From: Catajapyx aquilonaris
Lineage: Eukaryota
Reading direction: 5' to 3'
NCBI GenBank assembly: GCA_000934665.2
Contig: JYFJ02002451.1
Span: 1 to 56,805, forward strand
DNA length: 56,805 bases
Positions 53,958 through 56,805 of this stretch are shown one piece after another. The stretch's first letter is position 1, and each line of letters starts with the position of its first letter. The position numbers and the translations under genes were made by a program. The notes beneath the pieces are model-generated. The model was not told the origin of the DNA. It saw nothing but the letters and a program-made list of their open reading frames with translations, and searched no databases.

Positions 53958-54382
53958 ATGAGTCTGTTTCTGGTTCTCCTCTCCCTGTTTCTGGCTGGTA
54001 AGCACACATTCCAGCCGATTATAGAGGATAAAAATCACAGTGCTGGATGGGATCAATCATCACGATATTTCCATTCTCGAGTATCTACTTAATTAGCATT
54101 ACCTGGTTTTAAAAAATTCAACAAGGTATTATGCTCAATTTTTGCTGATGAACCACACAGTCACATGTCTTATAACATATCTGCACGGTTTACTTGGGAA
54201 ACTAAATGAGAATGAAATGCCGGCCATTGATAGCCACGTTCCATTAACTCATTGGAATGACGCATCTATTTGCAGACCGAATTAATATTTTGATCCAGGC
54301 ACCAAAAACCATTTACTAATTTTGTACATTCTCTTCCTCCACAGATGTTGGTCAATAATTTGCATTTTTATTTGTCATGATC

Positions 54383-54413
<31 letters not shown>

Positions 54414-56515
54414 TATTACTATTATTTTCATTGCTTCAATTAGTTGGTGGCGAAGTAGTACCAAAGCCGGCGTGTCCAAATGCAACCGTAGATTACAACA
54501 ACTATTTTGGTAACTATTCTATTACTTTTCGGAATCAGCTGGAGCAGATCAAAGCTGCTCTCAACTCATCGTCATCAATTGGTCAAAAGGAAATAGACTG
54601 TGGTAAGTAACTTCGCCGGTGAATTTAAAGCAAAGTGACTATGAGGTAAGGAGGGTTTCTTTCTCAAACACTTTGTCTCTATGTACCGGCAGGAGATATC
54701 GGAAAGTTTGACACCCGAAACGGTTCATGTTACAAGCTGGGCCTTCCAAATTGCAACTTCAAACCGACTCTCTTTTATTTGACAAATTCTGCCAACCGAT
54801 CTAAAGTTCAAGAGTTGGATTACAACAACACCGCAAGTCTGAGCCAGACAAACTTCAACAGCTCGTGTTTTACGGTGCTGATTAACCATGGATTTTCCGA
54901 GTCTTCCAGGATTTCCTGGATGATGAGCATGGAGGAGGCATATTTTTGGAAGGTAAACCATATACTGATGGCAAGGAGTTGAACTCCTCCACAAAACACA
55001 GCTGTTAACGTGGCCATATCACAGCTTATTTGTCACTTCAGTTTCAGAATTCATGCATAAATGTCATTCGCATATCCTACGAAAACACAACAGACCTGAA
55101 TGTGCTCTACATGTTGCAAAATGTTGGAGTGATTGGTAGACGAATCGCAGTCTTCATCCTGAATTTGAAACAAGTATTTCAAGCCAAACCAGAAAATATG
55201 CATTACATCGGCTTCAGTCTGGGAGGAATAATTGTTCCATATATGGCAGATTACTTGCTTCAAAATAATGTTACTCTGAAAAGAATTACAGGTGAGTGGG
55301 CACTTTCAGAGTTTTCCGGTTTGGCGGATCAAGGCAAGCATTTTTAAGTAACGGATATAATGGTAATGTGATGCTACAACTGGAATTTTATAGTCTGCAT
55401 CCTTCCTTGCCTTCAAAACTCCTAGTGCCGTACTTTTGTGTAAACTCCACAACAGTCCACCTTTGACATCCCGAGTTCGATTCCCACACAGGACTGTCTC
55501 ACGTTAGTCACGCATAATGTTCTCTCCGTGATGGCTTGGGCAGGGCTTGGGTGTTATAACTGTTCCCCTGTTCTCCCACTGTCTCTCTCTGAAGCTGCTG
55601 TCCTTATAGGTGTCAAGAGAATAAATTCCTACTGCAACTACTAAAGTTCTATTTTAGGCCTGGATATCGGTGCCTGCTACTTTGAAGACGTGATGGGATG
55701 CCTCAGGATGAACTCTTCTAATGCAAACTACGTGGACCTTATCCACACAAACGGCGCTGATTTTCCTCTGGCCCCGCCGGCACTGATAAACCTTGCCTGC
55801 ATGTTAGCGCTAGGGCATGTGGATTACTACGTAAATGGAGGGCAACTTCAACCGACATGCGCCGGAAGCGGTGCAGGTGAGGGCATCTCATTGCACTGTA
55901 GTCATTACGTCATGTCGAGGCTGTGAAATGTACTAATAGTTACTTATGAATCCTTGTTATGCAGAAGAATATATTATACAGTATGATCGCATTGTTTGAT
56001 GGATTTTGGGTGAGTAAGATGACGTGCGATATGGTTACCTAGAGAGATGTTTGTAGAAAGCAATGAATCTTCCAAATCATAATATCTCGAAATCTTTCCA
56101 TTGTGATTTTAATATTTCACCATATCAACTCTTTGTGGACACATGGTAAATTAGACAATCCTACCAGTGCAGTGTCTGAATTATTATGCGAGGCATGACT
56201 ATACTTGCACAAATTCGCCAGATTTTGGCTTCAGCATTTGAAAGAGGTCAAACTACCTCGATATTTCTTTCTTTGCAGGTAATCCAGCCTGCAGTCACTT
56301 GAGTGCTCCACCATATTACACCTGCTCAATCCTTTCCGAAGTCTGTCCTTTTAAATCATTCCCTGCTCCTAAGTACACCGATTACGAGAAATTCACACAT
56401 GGGGAGTACTTTCCCTGCAATGGACCTGAGTGTGGATTAATGGGATTCCATTCAGACGAAACAAATGCCTCCGGTGTGCAGCTCCTCAAGACTCTGGGAA
56501 ATCCACCTTACTGCG
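53958..56515 (+). CDS. Secreted pancreatic-lipase family protein, copy 3 (3' exons beyond window)
   Basis: Exons 53958-53997, 54444-54602, 54693-54952, ~55048-55291, 55658-55876, 56279-56515. INHGF, MHYIGFSLG, RITGLDIG, YVDLIHTNG, GHVDYYVNGG, ACSH. Confidence 0.87.
55460..55645 (+). mobile_element. Possible 5'-degenerate tRNA-derived SINE in lipase intron
   Basis: B-box-like GAGTTCGATTCCC at ~55473; 3' AATAAA followed by a short (ACT)-like tail; no full cloverleaf or A box seen. Confidence 0.35.
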
Positions 56516-56537
56516 GTCAGTATACTGTATATGTATA

Positions 56538-56805
56538 TACAGGGTGTAAATGAATTCAGCCGACAAACTTGTAGGGGTAATAGATGGGACCAAGACAAAC
56601 ATTTTTGACATAGGAACCCGTGTCCGGAAACGCCATCTAGAGGGGGTTCATAGACAAGGAACGGGTGCGCTCAGACGCGTCACGCGAGAGGCGCTAGTCG
56701 AGCGGACGGTTTTGTTGATAGATGGCGCGCAGGTGTTGCCAGGTTATGGCGTATCGCGTCGTTGTAAGTAAACAACAACGCGATACGCCATAACCTGGCA
56801 ACAAC
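56538..56805. mobile_element. Probable non-autonomous DNA element (TA|CAGGGTG end) containing a long hairpin; truncated by window
   Basis: TACAGGGTGT at 56538, CGCCATCTA/TAGATGGCG inverted pair, and a perfect 26-bp stem 56734-56759 / 56778-56803. Confidence 0.55.

Noticed and set aside
55460..55500. tRNA gene
   Set aside because: Only a B-box/T-loop-like motif; no acceptor stem or cloverleaf.
55997..55999. Selenocysteine TGA in the cryptic lid exon
   Set aside because: No Cys-aligned position, no SECIS visible (3'UTR outside the window), and the exon itself is unproven.

Overview
Eukaryotic DNA, most likely arthropod (hexapod/pancrustacean-like), with many 50-70 nt GT-AG introns. Bases 1-14.6 kb look like intronic/regulatory sequence of an unidentified minus-strand gene whose coding body lies left of the window. 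This part holds a 230-bp palindromic MITE and is followed by a 72-bp-unit repeat array. Next come a ninjurin with two alternative 3' coding exons (+), spenito/RBM15 (-) with apparent 3'UTR introns, two tandem aminoacylase-1 genes (-), cereblon (+) and ASF1 (-). From 34.8 kb to the end is a fast-evolving cluster of secreted pancreatic-lipase-family genes with short lids: two near-complete copies, one internally deleted pseudogene, and one copy running off the window. Embedded in this cluster on the opposite strand are two paralogous secreted alpha-helical proteins with acidic Tyr-containing tails that I do not recognise; they are the best candidate for an undescribed system. All gene models were spliced by eye and no database searches were run.
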